From Escherichia coli (GTDB lineage Bacteria > Pseudomonadota > Gammaproteobacteria > Enterobacterales > Enterobacteriaceae), in NCBI RefSeq assembly GCF_011045215.1, contig NZ_CP049201.1: a stretch of DNA of 64,000 nucleotides. One strand, given 5' to 3'. Each line of letters begins with the position of its first letter. Positions within the stretch are counted from its first letter, which is position 1. The translations under genes were made by a program, and so were the position numbers. This document shows, one piece after another, positions 8,070 through 16,990 of the stretch. A model generated the notes under the pieces. The model searched no databases, was not told the origin of the DNA, and saw only the letters and a list, made by a program, of their open reading frames with translations.

Positions 8070-9288
8070 TATTTGGCATTAATTTAAATAAAATACCGAT
8101 GATGCCTATGAATGTAGGCATCCATGCTAGTGATAATAAACTGTCAAGCACCTTATGACAAAAATCCTCATTGTCATTTAATTTTTTAATAGCCTCTTCT
8201 AAGCTCTCTTTAAGATCGCTGGTGTCATCCTTTATTCTATATCTTAATTGTCCAAAAAGTATTTCTTTAGAGTGTGAAATACGAGCAAGTTGTTTTTTTT
8301 GTGACACAATCATTGCAGATGTTATTATTGCTGTGATAATCAATCCAATTAAAGCAATAATCCAATCAGCTTTTGTTGTTAATTTGAAAATAGCAATTGA
8401 ACCAGCTAGTGAAATAGGTATTGCAAGAGCTTTGTTAGAAATTTCTGAAATTATTTTTGACAGTTTTTCTGAGTAATCGAGTTCAGCATCAACAACTTCT
8501 TTCCTTGCTTTATGAAAAGAAAATGCCGATATATAAGCAGCTAAGTTGTTCGTATAAAGTTCGCATATGAAATCCCACTTGTTAATTAACTCGACAAAGG
8601 AATTTCCATTTTTATTAACATACTCAATAACTGTGTTTCTGAAAGTGTTAATCTTTTCAATGTGATGGGCATCAGTAGTAGCTTCACTACTTACTAATGT
8701 TTTAACTAACTGAGTATTTACTGTTTTATCATTAAAAATTTCTTCTGTAATATTTGTTTCAATTACAGCAGAAGAAGATTTAGACTCTGAGTTTAAAATA
8801 AAGACTAAACGATAAAATGTACCTTTGCTATCTTTTTTTATATCATGGAAATGAGCAAGCATGGAAAGAGCATTGATTAGCTCACAAATGTCCTCAATTT
8901 TTTGGATATAAGAAGGTTTTGGTGTTTCTAATGAATAGAAATCATCCTCTATAATATAGAAATACTCTGGCATTATGCCTTTCTTGAGCGTGTTTATTTT
9001 TACAAACTCGTTTTTATTTTTATAAAAACGATTCGCACTTCCTTGTGAAATTTTAAACGAGTATGTAAGAAAATTTCCCTTTTCAGGAAAGTCTTCATAA
9101 TCATAAATTAAATGACCATCCACCTCTATTTCGTCAGCTGTACCAGCTTGAAAAGTAGGGTTCAAAATTCTTTTGAACAATGATTTTACGTCTGCATTAT
9201 AAGCTATACGCGCAGAAAACTTAGCCCCGTCAAAATGAGGATAGCTTGATAATCTATACAGATTAACTATTATACTAAAATCATTCAT
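8062..9288 (-). CDS. Membrane protein, 408 aa, three predicted TM helices in C-terminal third; candidate effector of two-gene cassette
   Basis: ATG overlaps upstream gene stop (ATGA at 9285..9288); hydrophobic helices (ALAIPISLAGSIAIFKL, WIIALIGLIITAIITSAMIV, LLSLAWMPTFIGIIGILFKLM); AT-rich codon usage. Confidence 0.7.
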   Translation of the reverse strand: MNDFSIIVNLYRLSSYPHFDGAKFSARIAYNADVKSLFKRILNPTFQAGTADEIEVDGHLIYDYEDFPEKGNFLTYSFKISQGSANRFYKNKNEFVKINTLKKGIMPEYFYIIEDDFYSLETPKPSYIQKIEDICELINALSMLAHFHDIKKDSKGTFYRLVFILNSESKSSSAVIETNITEEIFNDKTVNTQLVKTLVSSEATTDAHHIEKINTFRNTVIEYVNKNGNSFVELINKWDFICELYTNNLAAYISAFSFHKARKEVVDAELDYSEKLSKIISEISNKALAIPISLAGSIAIFKLTTKADWIIALIGLIITAIITSAMIVSQKKQLARISHSKEILFGQLRYRIKDDTSDLKESLEEAIKKLNDNEDFCHKVLDSLLSLAWMPTFIGIIGILFKLMPNIT

Positions 9289-10451
9289 TCTTTATCTTCT
9301 TCATTACTCGGGTTATCAGTTTCTTTCAACGCTCTTCTTATCTTAGTTAATGCTTCAACAGGCAAATTATTAAATGTTAGGCTTTGGTTTTCGTCATCAT
9401 AATATATTTTAGCATCAGTTGTGACACCGAGTAAATCCTTGTCGAAGTGAAAGCTCAATGATGGGGTTTTATATATCACATTGCGGATTTTATCTAAGGA
9501 GTTTTTATTGATTACGAACTCTGATGGGATTCTGACTTCCTCACTATTGAGGTGTTTCATTAATTTATCAACAAGTTCTGTTTTTTCTTCCTCTTTTAAA
9601 TAGGACATATGGCCTGAAGCAAGCGATTCGATATCAGAAAGCCTTGCAGAGTGCTCGTTGTCAAATTGCTTTTCTAAGTATTTGATAACATCATTTCTAA
9701 ATGACTCTGCTTGATTTTTTAAAAGAGGTTCTTTCTTAAAGAAACGCCTTATTTCATCTGGTAACTTACGGGTTGCGCCTGCTGAAGCAATCCCCTTGTC
9801 ACATCCTAATGCTGCTATAAAATATGCTGCCGCTGACTGTCCCGTAGTTTTGCTTATAAAGCTTAGATAACTTAAGTCTGTTTTTTTTAAATCATCTGCT
9901 TTTTGGTATTCTTCATAATATCTGAAATTTATTTTTGCTGCTTGGTTAATATTACCAAGTTCTAAGTGAATCATTTCCTCTGGCTCTAAATTTTCACTAA
10001 TAGTTACGCCATTAGTTTTTTTGATCATTGTAACCAATAGATAACGGAAACCAGATAAAATATAATCAGTAAAAACAACATATCCTCCAGAAGCCCAAAT
10101 CTGCTCTTGAGCAGATTTATACATTTGTTTCATAACTTCCTTCGATAATTCAATGAAATCATTTGAAACAGATTGTTGAACTAAAGAGTATTTATGAAAT
10201 AGTTCTGGTATAGGGCCTTGTTTTGTTTTATTTTTAATAAAAACACCATAATGCGCTGAGTTCCCTTTTGAACCATACAAATCAATAACACCGTCTACTA
10301 ATTTTTTTACTATATCATTTGTTTTATCTAGTTCTGTATCACGAAGATTGTATGGTTTGGAGTGATCGAAGTCTTTATTAGATTCTTTTAAGAGCTCATG
10401 AACGATTACGTGGCGTATGCTTGCTTTGCTCATTTTTTTGGTCAATTCCAT
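9285..10451 (-). CDS. NdpA/YejK-like (NA37 family) nucleoid-associated-protein homologue, 388 aa; candidate sensor of two-gene cassette
   Basis: Motif-level resemblance to recalled E. coli YejK: N-terminal IRHVIVHELLK, central GGYVVFTDY...YLLVTMIK...ISENLEP, YLSFISKTTGQSAAAYF, C-terminal SLTFNNLP. AT-rich (~30% G+C in a 60-nt spot check). Confidence 0.75.
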   Translation of the reverse strand: MELTKKMSKASIRHVIVHELLKESNKDFDHSKPYNLRDTELDKTNDIVKKLVDGVIDLYGSKGNSAHYGVFIKNKTKQGPIPELFHKYSLVQQSVSNDFIELSKEVMKQMYKSAQEQIWASGGYVVFTDYILSGFRYLLVTMIKKTNGVTISENLEPEEMIHLELGNINQAAKINFRYYEEYQKADDLKKTDLSYLSFISKTTGQSAAAYFIAALGCDKGIASAGATRKLPDEIRRFFKKEPLLKNQAESFRNDVIKYLEKQFDNEHSARLSDIESLASGHMSYLKEEEKTELVDKLMKHLNSEEVRIPSEFVINKNSLDKIRNVIYKTPSLSFHFDKDLLGVTTDAKIYYDDENQSLTFNNLPVEALTKIRRALKETDNPSNEEDKE

Positions 10452-10551
10452 GCGGTTAAGCTAACAATTGTAAAGAGCATAATAAATTACTAACGCGTAC
10501 GCAAAAACTATCATAATCTGTTAAGAGTGGTTACTTCGCCACACAGCTTAA

Positions 10552-10580
10552 ACCCGCCGTCGAGCGGTTTTTTTGTACCT
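10552..10580 (+). terminator. Candidate late-operon terminator (tR'-like) preceded by candidate late promoter
   Basis: Short GC hairpin cccgccgtcgagcgg followed by ttttttt; upstream TTACTA-N18-TCATAAT promoter-like hexamers at ~10489..10522. Confidence 0.35.
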
Positions 10581-10672
10581 GTAAAACTGGTGCAGTACAG
10601 TAAACACGCTGGTGGTCGTGAATACTGACTTTTTATCTTGCTGGCTTTTTAGACAAGAGTTATTGGTATGTC

Positions 10673-10900
10673 ATGTTAACCAGAAGGGAAAAAGACATGC
10701 TAAAACAGCAAGATATGACAGAAACCGCCGCCGCAGTCCTTCATTTCTTACCTGCTGACAAGTGGGTAACGCCACGCATGATGACGAGAACTACCGGAGT
10801 AAGCGAAGCCCGGTGCCAGTTAATACTGACTCAGTTAGTTCTGGCGGGTCTGGCGAAGGATAACGGCGGGTACGGGAATAAATTCAGACGCTGCCAGTAA
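10673..10900 (+). CDS. Hypothetical small protein, 75 aa (possible winged-helix)
   Basis: ORF first in the late operon; no motif assigned. Confidence 0.4.
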   Translation: MLTRREKDMLKQQDMTETAAAVLHFLPADKWVTPRMMTRTTGVSEARCQLILTQLVLAGLAKDNGGYGNKFRRCQ

Positions 10901-11050
10901 TGGCGGTTTCCTGCTGTGAAAATGGGCGGCTGGTGGGTGTTGGTAGCACCTGCCAGCCATTCGCTCATGCTTACTGGTCACAAGCGAACCACGGCCCACT
11001 GCTTTAGCGCAAAAGCAGAGTGAGCCTACCAGAGTTACGCTTACTGATCC

Positions 11051-12103
11051 ATGAAAAATACTGTAAAAATAAACAGTGTTGATTTAATCAACGCTGATTG
11101 CCTGCATTTTATTCAGTCCTTGCCTGATGATTCCATTGATCTGATTGTTACCGATCCGCCGTACTTCAAAGTGAAGCCCAACGGCTGGGACAATCAGTGG
11201 AAAGGGGACGAAGATTACCTGAAGTGGCTGGACTACTGTCTGGCCCAGTTCTGGCGGGTACTGAAACCAGCCGGAAGCCTTTACCTGTTCTGTGGACATC
11301 GCCTGGCATCTGATATTGAGATCATGATGCGTGAACGTTTCAACGTGCTTAACCATATCATCTGGGCGAAGCCGTCCGGACGTTGGAATGGGTGTAATAA
11401 AGAAAGTCTGCGCGCATATTTTCCTGCCACAGAGCGCGTTCTGTTTGCTGAACATTACCAGGGGCCATATCGCGGCAAAAGTGACGGCTATGCGGCAAAA
11501 GAAAGGGAACTCAAACAGCACATAATGGCACCGCTGATATCGTATTTCAGGGATGCTCGTGCCGAACTGGGTATAACGGCAAAACAAATTGCCGAAGCCA
11601 CAGGTAAGAAAAATATGGTTTCCCACTGGTTTGGTGCCAGTCAGTGGCAGTTGCCGAATGAGGCTGACTATCGGAAGTTACAGGCACTGTTTTCCCGTAT
11701 AGCGGCAGAGAAGTTTCAGGAACAACAACTGGAACAACCACACCACCAGCTGGTGGCATCTTATGATTCACTGAATCGCAAATATTCTGAATTGCTGGAT
11801 GAGTTTAAATCTCTCCGGCGCTATTTCTCCGTATCAGTCTCCGTGCCTTATACCGATGTCTGGATGCATAAACCCGTTCAGTTCTACCCGGGTAAACATC
11901 CGTGTGAGAAACCTGCGGATATGCTCCGGCAAATAATCAATGCCAGTAGTCGACCTGGTGATCTGGTTGCTGATTTTTTTATGGGATCCGGTTCCACAAT
12001 AAAAGCAGCAATGGCGCTGGGGCGTCGGGCCTTAGGTGTTGAGCTTGAGTCAGAGCGGTTTAACCAGACAGTGAAAGAGATATACGAGCTGGTGGGGAAA
12101 TAA
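11051..12103 (+). CDS. Orphan DNA N6-adenine/N4-cytosine methyltransferase (beta class)
   Basis: Catalytic DPPY motif near N-terminus (LIVTDPPYF) and AdoMet-binding FxGxG near C-terminus (DFFMGSGST); no cognate endonuclease gene adjacent. Confidence 0.85.
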   Translation: MKNTVKINSVDLINADCLHFIQSLPDDSIDLIVTDPPYFKVKPNGWDNQWKGDEDYLKWLDYCLAQFWRVLKPAGSLYLFCGHRLASDIEIMMRERFNVLNHIIWAKPSGRWNGCNKESLRAYFPATERVLFAEHYQGPYRGKSDGYAAKERELKQHIMAPLISYFRDARAELGITAKQIAEATGKKNMVSHWFGASQWQLPNEADYRKLQALFSRIAAEKFQEQQLEQPHHQLVASYDSLNRKYSELLDEFKSLRRYFSVSVSVPYTDVWMHKPVQFYPGKHPCEKPADMLRQIINASSRPGDLVADFFMGSGSTIKAAMALGRRALGVELESERFNQTVKEIYELVGK

Positions 12104-12109
12104 TCTGGT

Positions 12110-12133
12110 GGCCACGTAGGTGGCCTTTTTATT
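12110..12133 (+). terminator. Hairpin plus T-tract after methylase gene
   Basis: ggccac-gtag-gtggcc followed by tttttattt. Confidence 0.45.
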
Positions 12134-12169
12134 TCCATTACACAGCACCCGCATCTGCGAGGTGGGGTT

Positions 12170-12385
12170 ATGAAATCCATGGATAAGTTAACAACGGGTG
12201 TCGCCTATGGCACCTCAGCAGGTAGTGCCGGGTACTGGTTTTTACAGTTGCTCGATAAAGTCACGCCCTCACAGTGGGCGGCAATAGGTGTGCTGGGTAG
12301 TCTGGTATTTGGCTTGCTGACGTATCTGACAAACCTTTATTTCAAGATTAAAGAAGATAAGCGTAAGGCTGCGAGAGGTGAATAA
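12170..12385 (+). CDS. Class II pinholin (phage 21 S-like), 71 aa with dual start MKSM
   Basis: Translation [71 protein letters not shown] matches recalled S21. Confidence 0.8.
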
Positions 12386-12882
12386 TGTCGCCATCATTAC
12401 GCAAGGCTGTTGCTGCTGCTATTGGTGGTGGGGCTGTTGCCATAGCGTCTGTGCTCATCACTGGTCCGAGTGGTGACGATGGCCTGGAAGGTGTCAGCTA
12501 CATACCATACAAAGATATCGTTGGCGTATGGACTGTATGTCACGGACACACCGGAAAAGACATCATGCTAGGTAAAACGTATACCGAAGCAGAATGCAAA
12601 GCCCTCCTGAATAAAGACCTTGCCACGGTCGCCAGACAAATTAACCCGTACATCAAAGTCGATATACCGGAAACAACGCGCGGCGCTCTTTACTCGTTCG
12701 TCTACAACGTGGGTGCTGGCAATTTCAGAACATCGACGCTTCTTCGCAAAATAAACCAGGGCGATATCAAAGGCGCATGTGACCAGCTACGTCGCTGGAC
12801 ATACGCTGGCGGTAAGCAATGGAAAGGCCTGATGACTCGTCGTGAGATTGAGCGTGAAGTCTGTTTGTGGGGGCAACAATGA
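12385..12882 (+). CDS. SAR endolysin (lysozyme, phage 21 R-like)
   Basis: N-terminal Gly/Ala-rich SAR domain ([20 protein letters not shown]); lysozyme-family core; ATGA overlap with holin stop. Confidence 0.85.
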   Translation: MSPSLRKAVAAAIGGGAVAIASVLITGPSGDDGLEGVSYIPYKDIVGVWTVCHGHTGKDIMLGKTYTEAECKALLNKDLATVARQINPYIKVDIPETTRGALYSFVYNVGAGNFRTSTLLRKINQGDIKGACDQLRRWTYAGGKQWKGLMTRREIEREVCLWGQQ

Positions 12883-13346
12883 GCAGAGTAACCGCGATTA
12901 TCTCCGCTCTGGTTATCTGCATCATCGTCTGCCTGTCGTGGGCGGTCAATCATTACCGTGATAACGCCATCGCCTACAAAGAACAGCGAGATAAAAAAGT
13001 CAGTGAGCTGAAGCAGGCGACCGCCACCATCGCTGACATGCAGCAGCGTCAGCGTGATGTTGCTGCGATCGATGCAAAATACACGAAGGAGTTAGCCGAT
13101 GCGAAAACTGAAAATGAAACTCTGCGCGCTGATGTTGCCGCTGGTCGTAAGCGCCTGCGGGTCAATGCCAGTTGCTCCGCAGCCGTGCGTGAAGCCACCG
13201 GACCCACCAGCATGGATAATGCAACCAGCCCCCGACTGGCAGACACCGCTGAACGGGATTATTTCATCCTCAGAGAACGGTTGATGACGATGCAGAAGCA
13301 ACTGGAAGGGGCGCAGGAATATATCCGCACCCAGCGCATTAAGTAG
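12867..13346 (+). CDS. i-spanin Rz
   Basis: N-terminal TM segment then coiled-coil-like sequence; overlaps endolysin end; Rz1 embedded in +1 frame. Confidence 0.75.
   Translation: MGATMSRVTAIISALVICIIVCLSWAVNHYRDNAIAYKEQRDKKVSELKQATATIADMQQRQRDVAAIDAKYTKELADAKTENETLRADVAAGRKRLRVNASCSAAVREATGPTSMDNATSPRLADTAERDYFILRERLMTMQKQLEGAQEYIRTQRIK
13099..13284 (+). CDS. o-spanin Rz1 (lipoprotein), embedded in Rz
   Basis: Lipobox LVVSAC followed by Pro-rich mature region. Confidence 0.7.
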   Translation: MRKLKMKLCALMLPLVVSACGSMPVAPQPCVKPPDPPAWIMQPAPDWQTPLNGIISSSENG

Positions 13347-13367
13347 CTGGAGAAAAAACACGAATCT

Positions 13368-13730
13368 GTGGTTTTTACTGAGCGCGGTGTACACGGTGGA
13401 ACATATGGCGGGAAGTTTGTTGCTTATGATTATGCAGCATGGCTAAACCCCGGATTTAAATATGCAGCCTATAAAGTCCTGGATGACTACTTCACCGGAG
13501 AACTTCAGCATCGCAACAGCTTAAGTGCGCAGCTCAATATGAAGTGTCATGAGTTTGATCAGAAAAAAGATATGGCGAGCTTCTGTGGACAAGGGCTGGC
13601 GGCATGGCGCTATACGAAGCCAGTGTTGGTCGCTGAGATTAACTCCCTGGCTAACCAGCTGCAGATAACGATCCCCGGGCTGTCCGGTATTTGCCGGTAT
13701 GAAATTACCGGAAGGCGCGGTCGTTACTGA
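13368..13730 (+). CDS. KilA-N-domain-like protein or remnant (GTG start)
   Basis: Translation FTERGVHGGTYGGKFVAYDYAAWLNPGFKYAAYKVLDDYF resembles KilA-N domain; non-ATG start, same frame as Rz. Confidence 0.35.
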   Translation: MVFTERGVHGGTYGGKFVAYDYAAWLNPGFKYAAYKVLDDYFTGELQHRNSLSAQLNMKCHEFDQKKDMASFCGQGLAAWRYTKPVLVAEINSLANQLQITIPGLSGICRYEITGRRGRY

Positions 13731-13959
13731 GTAACAGCAGGCATTACAGCAGCCCTTCACTGAGGGGCTGCGATAATGTGAGGAATAAAAAACCGGCAGG
13801 GGAAATCCATTGAAGATTTGCCGGTGGCAAAAGATGGCCATGCTTTTAACCTTAGTAGCAGAGTTACGGAGTTCAACAACGACCGTCGCCGTTATCTTGC
13901 TGAAAGGCGTTTCAATGATTTTCATCAATTTATTCATCAGCAATGGTGATAATCACTCT

Positions 13960-14100
13960 CATTTTGGCGGGTCCTTCCGGTGGGGTGGCCTGCCACGGGG
14001 CGGGAGCGTCGCGGAAAAAGGCTAGTTTTTGAAATTTCATTCGTCATCACCACCACTGTAATAGATTGATATTACAGTGGTTTTATTTTTATGGTGTCGA
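13960..14100. promoter_or_regulatory. Candidate cos (cohesive-end) region upstream of small terminase
   Basis: GC-rich block gggtggcctgccacggggcgggagcgtcgcgg, then AT-rich DNA with 11-bp inverted repeat ccactgtaata/tattacagtgg (14053..14080); resembles recalled lambda cos layout. Confidence 0.3.
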
Positions 14101-14184
14101 TTTTGATTGTTTTTTTGTTCACCACTAACACCGTTTGCCTAAAGTTGTTCGCAAGATGCATGTTTAAAACATTCTGGAGCGGGT

Positions 14185-14679
14185 ATGGATCGAGAGTTAA
14201 AAAATCTGACGCTGAATATCAGTCAACTGGCGGCACTGTCAGGTGTACATCGCCAGACTGCTGCGGCAAGGCTGCAAAATCTACCCGTTGCAGGGGGGCA
14301 TGAAAGCAACCTCAAGCTTTATCGGGTGGTTGATATTGTGTCGGCATTTCTGGCATTGCCACCGCCGGTTGCAGAAGGCGAAATGGACGCGCATGAGCGC
14401 AAAGCCTGGTATCAGTCTGAACGTGAGCGTCTTAAGTTCGAACAGGAAACGGCACAACTCATTCCGGCCAGTGATGTCAGACGGGAGTTTGCCATCTGGG
14501 CAAAAGCGGTCGTGCAGGTGCTGGAGACATTACCGGATATTCTGGAACGTGACTGCGGTCTGCAGCCTGCCGCTGTGAGCCGTGTTCAGTCCATTATTGA
14601 TGATCTGCGCGATCAGATAGCCCTGCGGGTGACTGAAGCAGGTGCGGATGATGAGGAGGAATTACAGCAGGAGGAGTAA
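14185..14679 (+). CDS. Terminase small subunit
   Basis: N-terminal HTH-like segment (LNISQLAALSGVHRQTAAARL), acidic C-terminus, immediately upstream of large terminase with overlapping stop/start. Confidence 0.7.
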   Translation: MDRELKNLTLNISQLAALSGVHRQTAAARLQNLPVAGGHESNLKLYRVVDIVSAFLALPPPVAEGEMDAHERKAWYQSERERLKFEQETAQLIPASDVRREFAIWAKAVVQVLETLPDILERDCGLQPAAVSRVQSIIDDLRDQIALRVTEAGADDEEELQQEE

Positions 14680-16781
14680 TGCTGAATCAGGAAACCGCAA
14701 AGGCAGCACGAACCGATTCAGGTTATATCCTTCGCGCACCGAGACGAATGCGGGTTGCTGATGCCGTTGCTCAGTATATGCGGGTGCCCATGGGGGCAGG
14801 GAACTCAGTCCCGTGGGATCCGCTGGTGGCACCGTATGTTATTGAGCCGATGAACTGCCTGGCCTCGCGTGAATACGACGCAGTGATATTTGTTGGCCCG
14901 GCACGAACCGGCAAGACTATCGGCCTGATTGACGGCTGGGTGATTTACAACGTGATTTGCGATCCTGCTGATATGCTGATCATTCAGATGACGGAGGAAA
15001 AAGCCCGCGAACACTCCAAAAAACGACTCGCCAGAACGTTTCGCGTCAGCCCGGAAGTGGTCAGTCGCCTGAGTCCGAACAAAAATGACAACAACGTTTA
15101 TGACAGAACATTCCTTGCTGGTAACTACCTGAAAATCGGCTGGCCGTCAGTCAATATCATGTCCTCATCAGATTATAAATGCGTCGCGCTGACGGATTAT
15201 GACCGTTTTCCGGAAGATATTGATGGCGAGGGGGATGCTTTCTCTCTTGCCTCAAAACGTACCACCACATTTATGTCCAGCGGTATGACGCTGGTGGAGA
15301 GTTCCCCCGGCAGGGATGTGAAGGATGTGAAATGGCGACGGACTTCACCGCATGAGGCTCCACCAACCACGGGGATCCTGTCGCTCTATAACCGTGGTGA
15401 TCGCCGTCGCTGGTACTGGCCCTGTCCACACTGTGGTGAGTATTTTCAGCCCTGCGGCGATGTGGTTGCTGGTTTCCGTGATATTGCCGATCCCGTGCTG
15501 GCAAGTGAGGCGGCTTATATTCAGTGTCCTTCCTGTTCAGGACGGATTATGCCTGAACAAAAACGTGAGCTGAACGGACGTGGGGTCTGGTTGCGGGATG
15601 GTGAATCCATCAATGCGGATGGCAGTCGTTATGGTGATCCCCGACGCTCACGTATTGCGTCATTCTGGATGGAGGGTCCGGCAGCTGCTTACCAGACACT
15701 CTCGCAACTCGTTTACAAACTGCTTACTGCAGAACAGGAATACGAGACAACCGGAAGTGAAGAAACACTCAAGACGGTTATCAATACCGACTGGGGATTA
15801 CCTTATCTTCCCCGCGCCAGCATGGAGCAACGAAAAAGTGAACTGCTTGAGCAGCGGGCAGAGCCAGTTCCTTCCCGCAGTGTGCCGGATGGCGTTAATT
15901 TCCTTGTGGCGACAGTGGATGTGCAGGCGGGACGTCATCGCCGTTTTGTGGTTCAGGTAACGGGCTATGGCAGCCGTGGCGAACGCTGGATTATTGATCG
16001 TTACAACATCACGCAGTCATTGCGCGGTGACAGCGACGGGGAGAGCCAGCGAATTGATCCGGCCAGCTATCCGGAAGACTGGGATGTCCTGCTGACGGAT
16101 GTTTTTCATAAAAGCTGGCCGCTGGCCTCCGATCCTTCTCAACAAATGCGACTGATGGCAATGGCGGTGGACTCCGGCGGTGAAGACGGGGTCACTGATA
16201 ATGCCTATAAATTCTGGCGTCGTTGCCGTCGTGATGGCCTTGGTAAACGTATTTACCTGTTTAAGGGCGACAGCATCCGGCGCGCAAAACTGATCACCCG
16301 TACATTCCCTGATAACACCGGACGAACGGGCCGACGGGCGCAGGCCGCAGGTGATGTGCCGCTCTGGCTTCTTCAGACGGATGCACTGAAAGACCGGGTG
16401 AATAACGCGTTATGGCGTGACTCGCCAGGTCCCGGCTATGTGCATTTCCCTGACTGGCTGGGGAGCTGGTTTTACGACGAACTGACGTATGAAGAGCGGA
16501 GCAGTGACGGGAAATGGAGTAAGCCGGGTCGCGGTGCCAACGAAGCTTTTGACCTGATGGTGTATGCCGAGGCTCTGGTCATTCTGCATGGATACGAAAA
16601 GATCCGCTGGCCGGATGCACCGGAGTGGGCGAGCCGGGAAACCTGGCTGGAGTGTGTCCCGGACAGTACCGAACCGTCATCCTCACCGGAACCGGTATCC
16701 ACGCCTGTTAAAAAACAAAAACGGAAGAAAACAGTAACTGACGATGTTAACCCCTGGCTGACTTCCGGAGGATGGTTATGA
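14679..16781 (+). CDS. Terminase large subunit (GpA-like), 700 aa
   Basis: Walker A-like VGPARTGKT; size and position typical of lambda gpA family. Confidence 0.85.
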   Translation: MLNQETAKAARTDSGYILRAPRRMRVADAVAQYMRVPMGAGNSVPWDPLVAPYVIEPMNCLASREYDAVIFVGPARTGKTIGLIDGWVIYNVICDPADMLIIQMTEEKAREHSKKRLARTFRVSPEVVSRLSPNKNDNNVYDRTFLAGNYLKIGWPSVNIMSSSDYKCVALTDYDRFPEDIDGEGDAFSLASKRTTTFMSSGMTLVESSPGRDVKDVKWRRTSPHEAPPTTGILSLYNRGDRRRWYWPCPHCGEYFQPCGDVVAGFRDIADPVLASEAAYIQCPSCSGRIMPEQKRELNGRGVWLRDGESINADGSRYGDPRRSRIASFWMEGPAAAYQTLSQLVYKLLTAEQEYETTGSEETLKTVINTDWGLPYLPRASMEQRKSELLEQRAEPVPSRSVPDGVNFLVATVDVQAGRHRRFVVQVTGYGSRGERWIIDRYNITQSLRGDSDGESQRIDPASYPEDWDVLLTDVFHKSWPLASDPSQQMRLMAMAVDSGGEDGVTDNAYKFWRRCRRDGLGKRIYLFKGDSIRRAKLITRTFPDNTGRTGRRAQAAGDVPLWLLQTDALKDRVNNALWRDSPGPGYVHFPDWLGSWFYDELTYEERSSDGKWSKPGRGANEAFDLMVYAEALVILHGYEKIRWPDAPEWASRETWLECVPDSTEPSSSPEPVSTPVKKQKRKKTVTDDVNPWLTSGGWL

Positions 16782-16990
16782 ACCAGAATGATATCGAAGC
16801 CATGATTCAGCGTTATACGGAAGCTGAAATGGCGGTGCTGGACGGAAAATCCGTCACCTTTAATGGTCAGCAGATGACCATGGAAAACTTATCTGAGATC
16901 CGGCAGGGACGGCAGGAGTGGGAGCGCCGCCTTGCGGCTCTGATTACACGACGACGGGGGCATCCCGGGTATCGGCTGGCGAGGTTCTGA
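16772..16990 (+). CDS. Head-tail joining protein (gpW-like), 72 aa
   Basis: Small ORF between terminase and portal as lambda W; C-terminal RRRGHPGY resembles lambda W tail. Confidence 0.5.
   Translation: MVMNQNDIEAMIQRYTEAEMAVLDGKSVTFNGQQMTMENLSEIRQGRQEWERRLAALITRRRGHPGYRLARF

Noticed and set aside
10901-11050. Possible tRNA gene between Q region and lysis genes (common in Stx-type lambdoid phages)
   Set aside because: No cloverleaf-compatible acceptor stem/T-loop (GTTCGAATC-like) found by eye; tRNAscan would be definitive.
11084-11626. 180-aa minus-strand ORF
   Set aside because: Antisense to the DNA methyltransferase gene, which has clear catalytic motifs.
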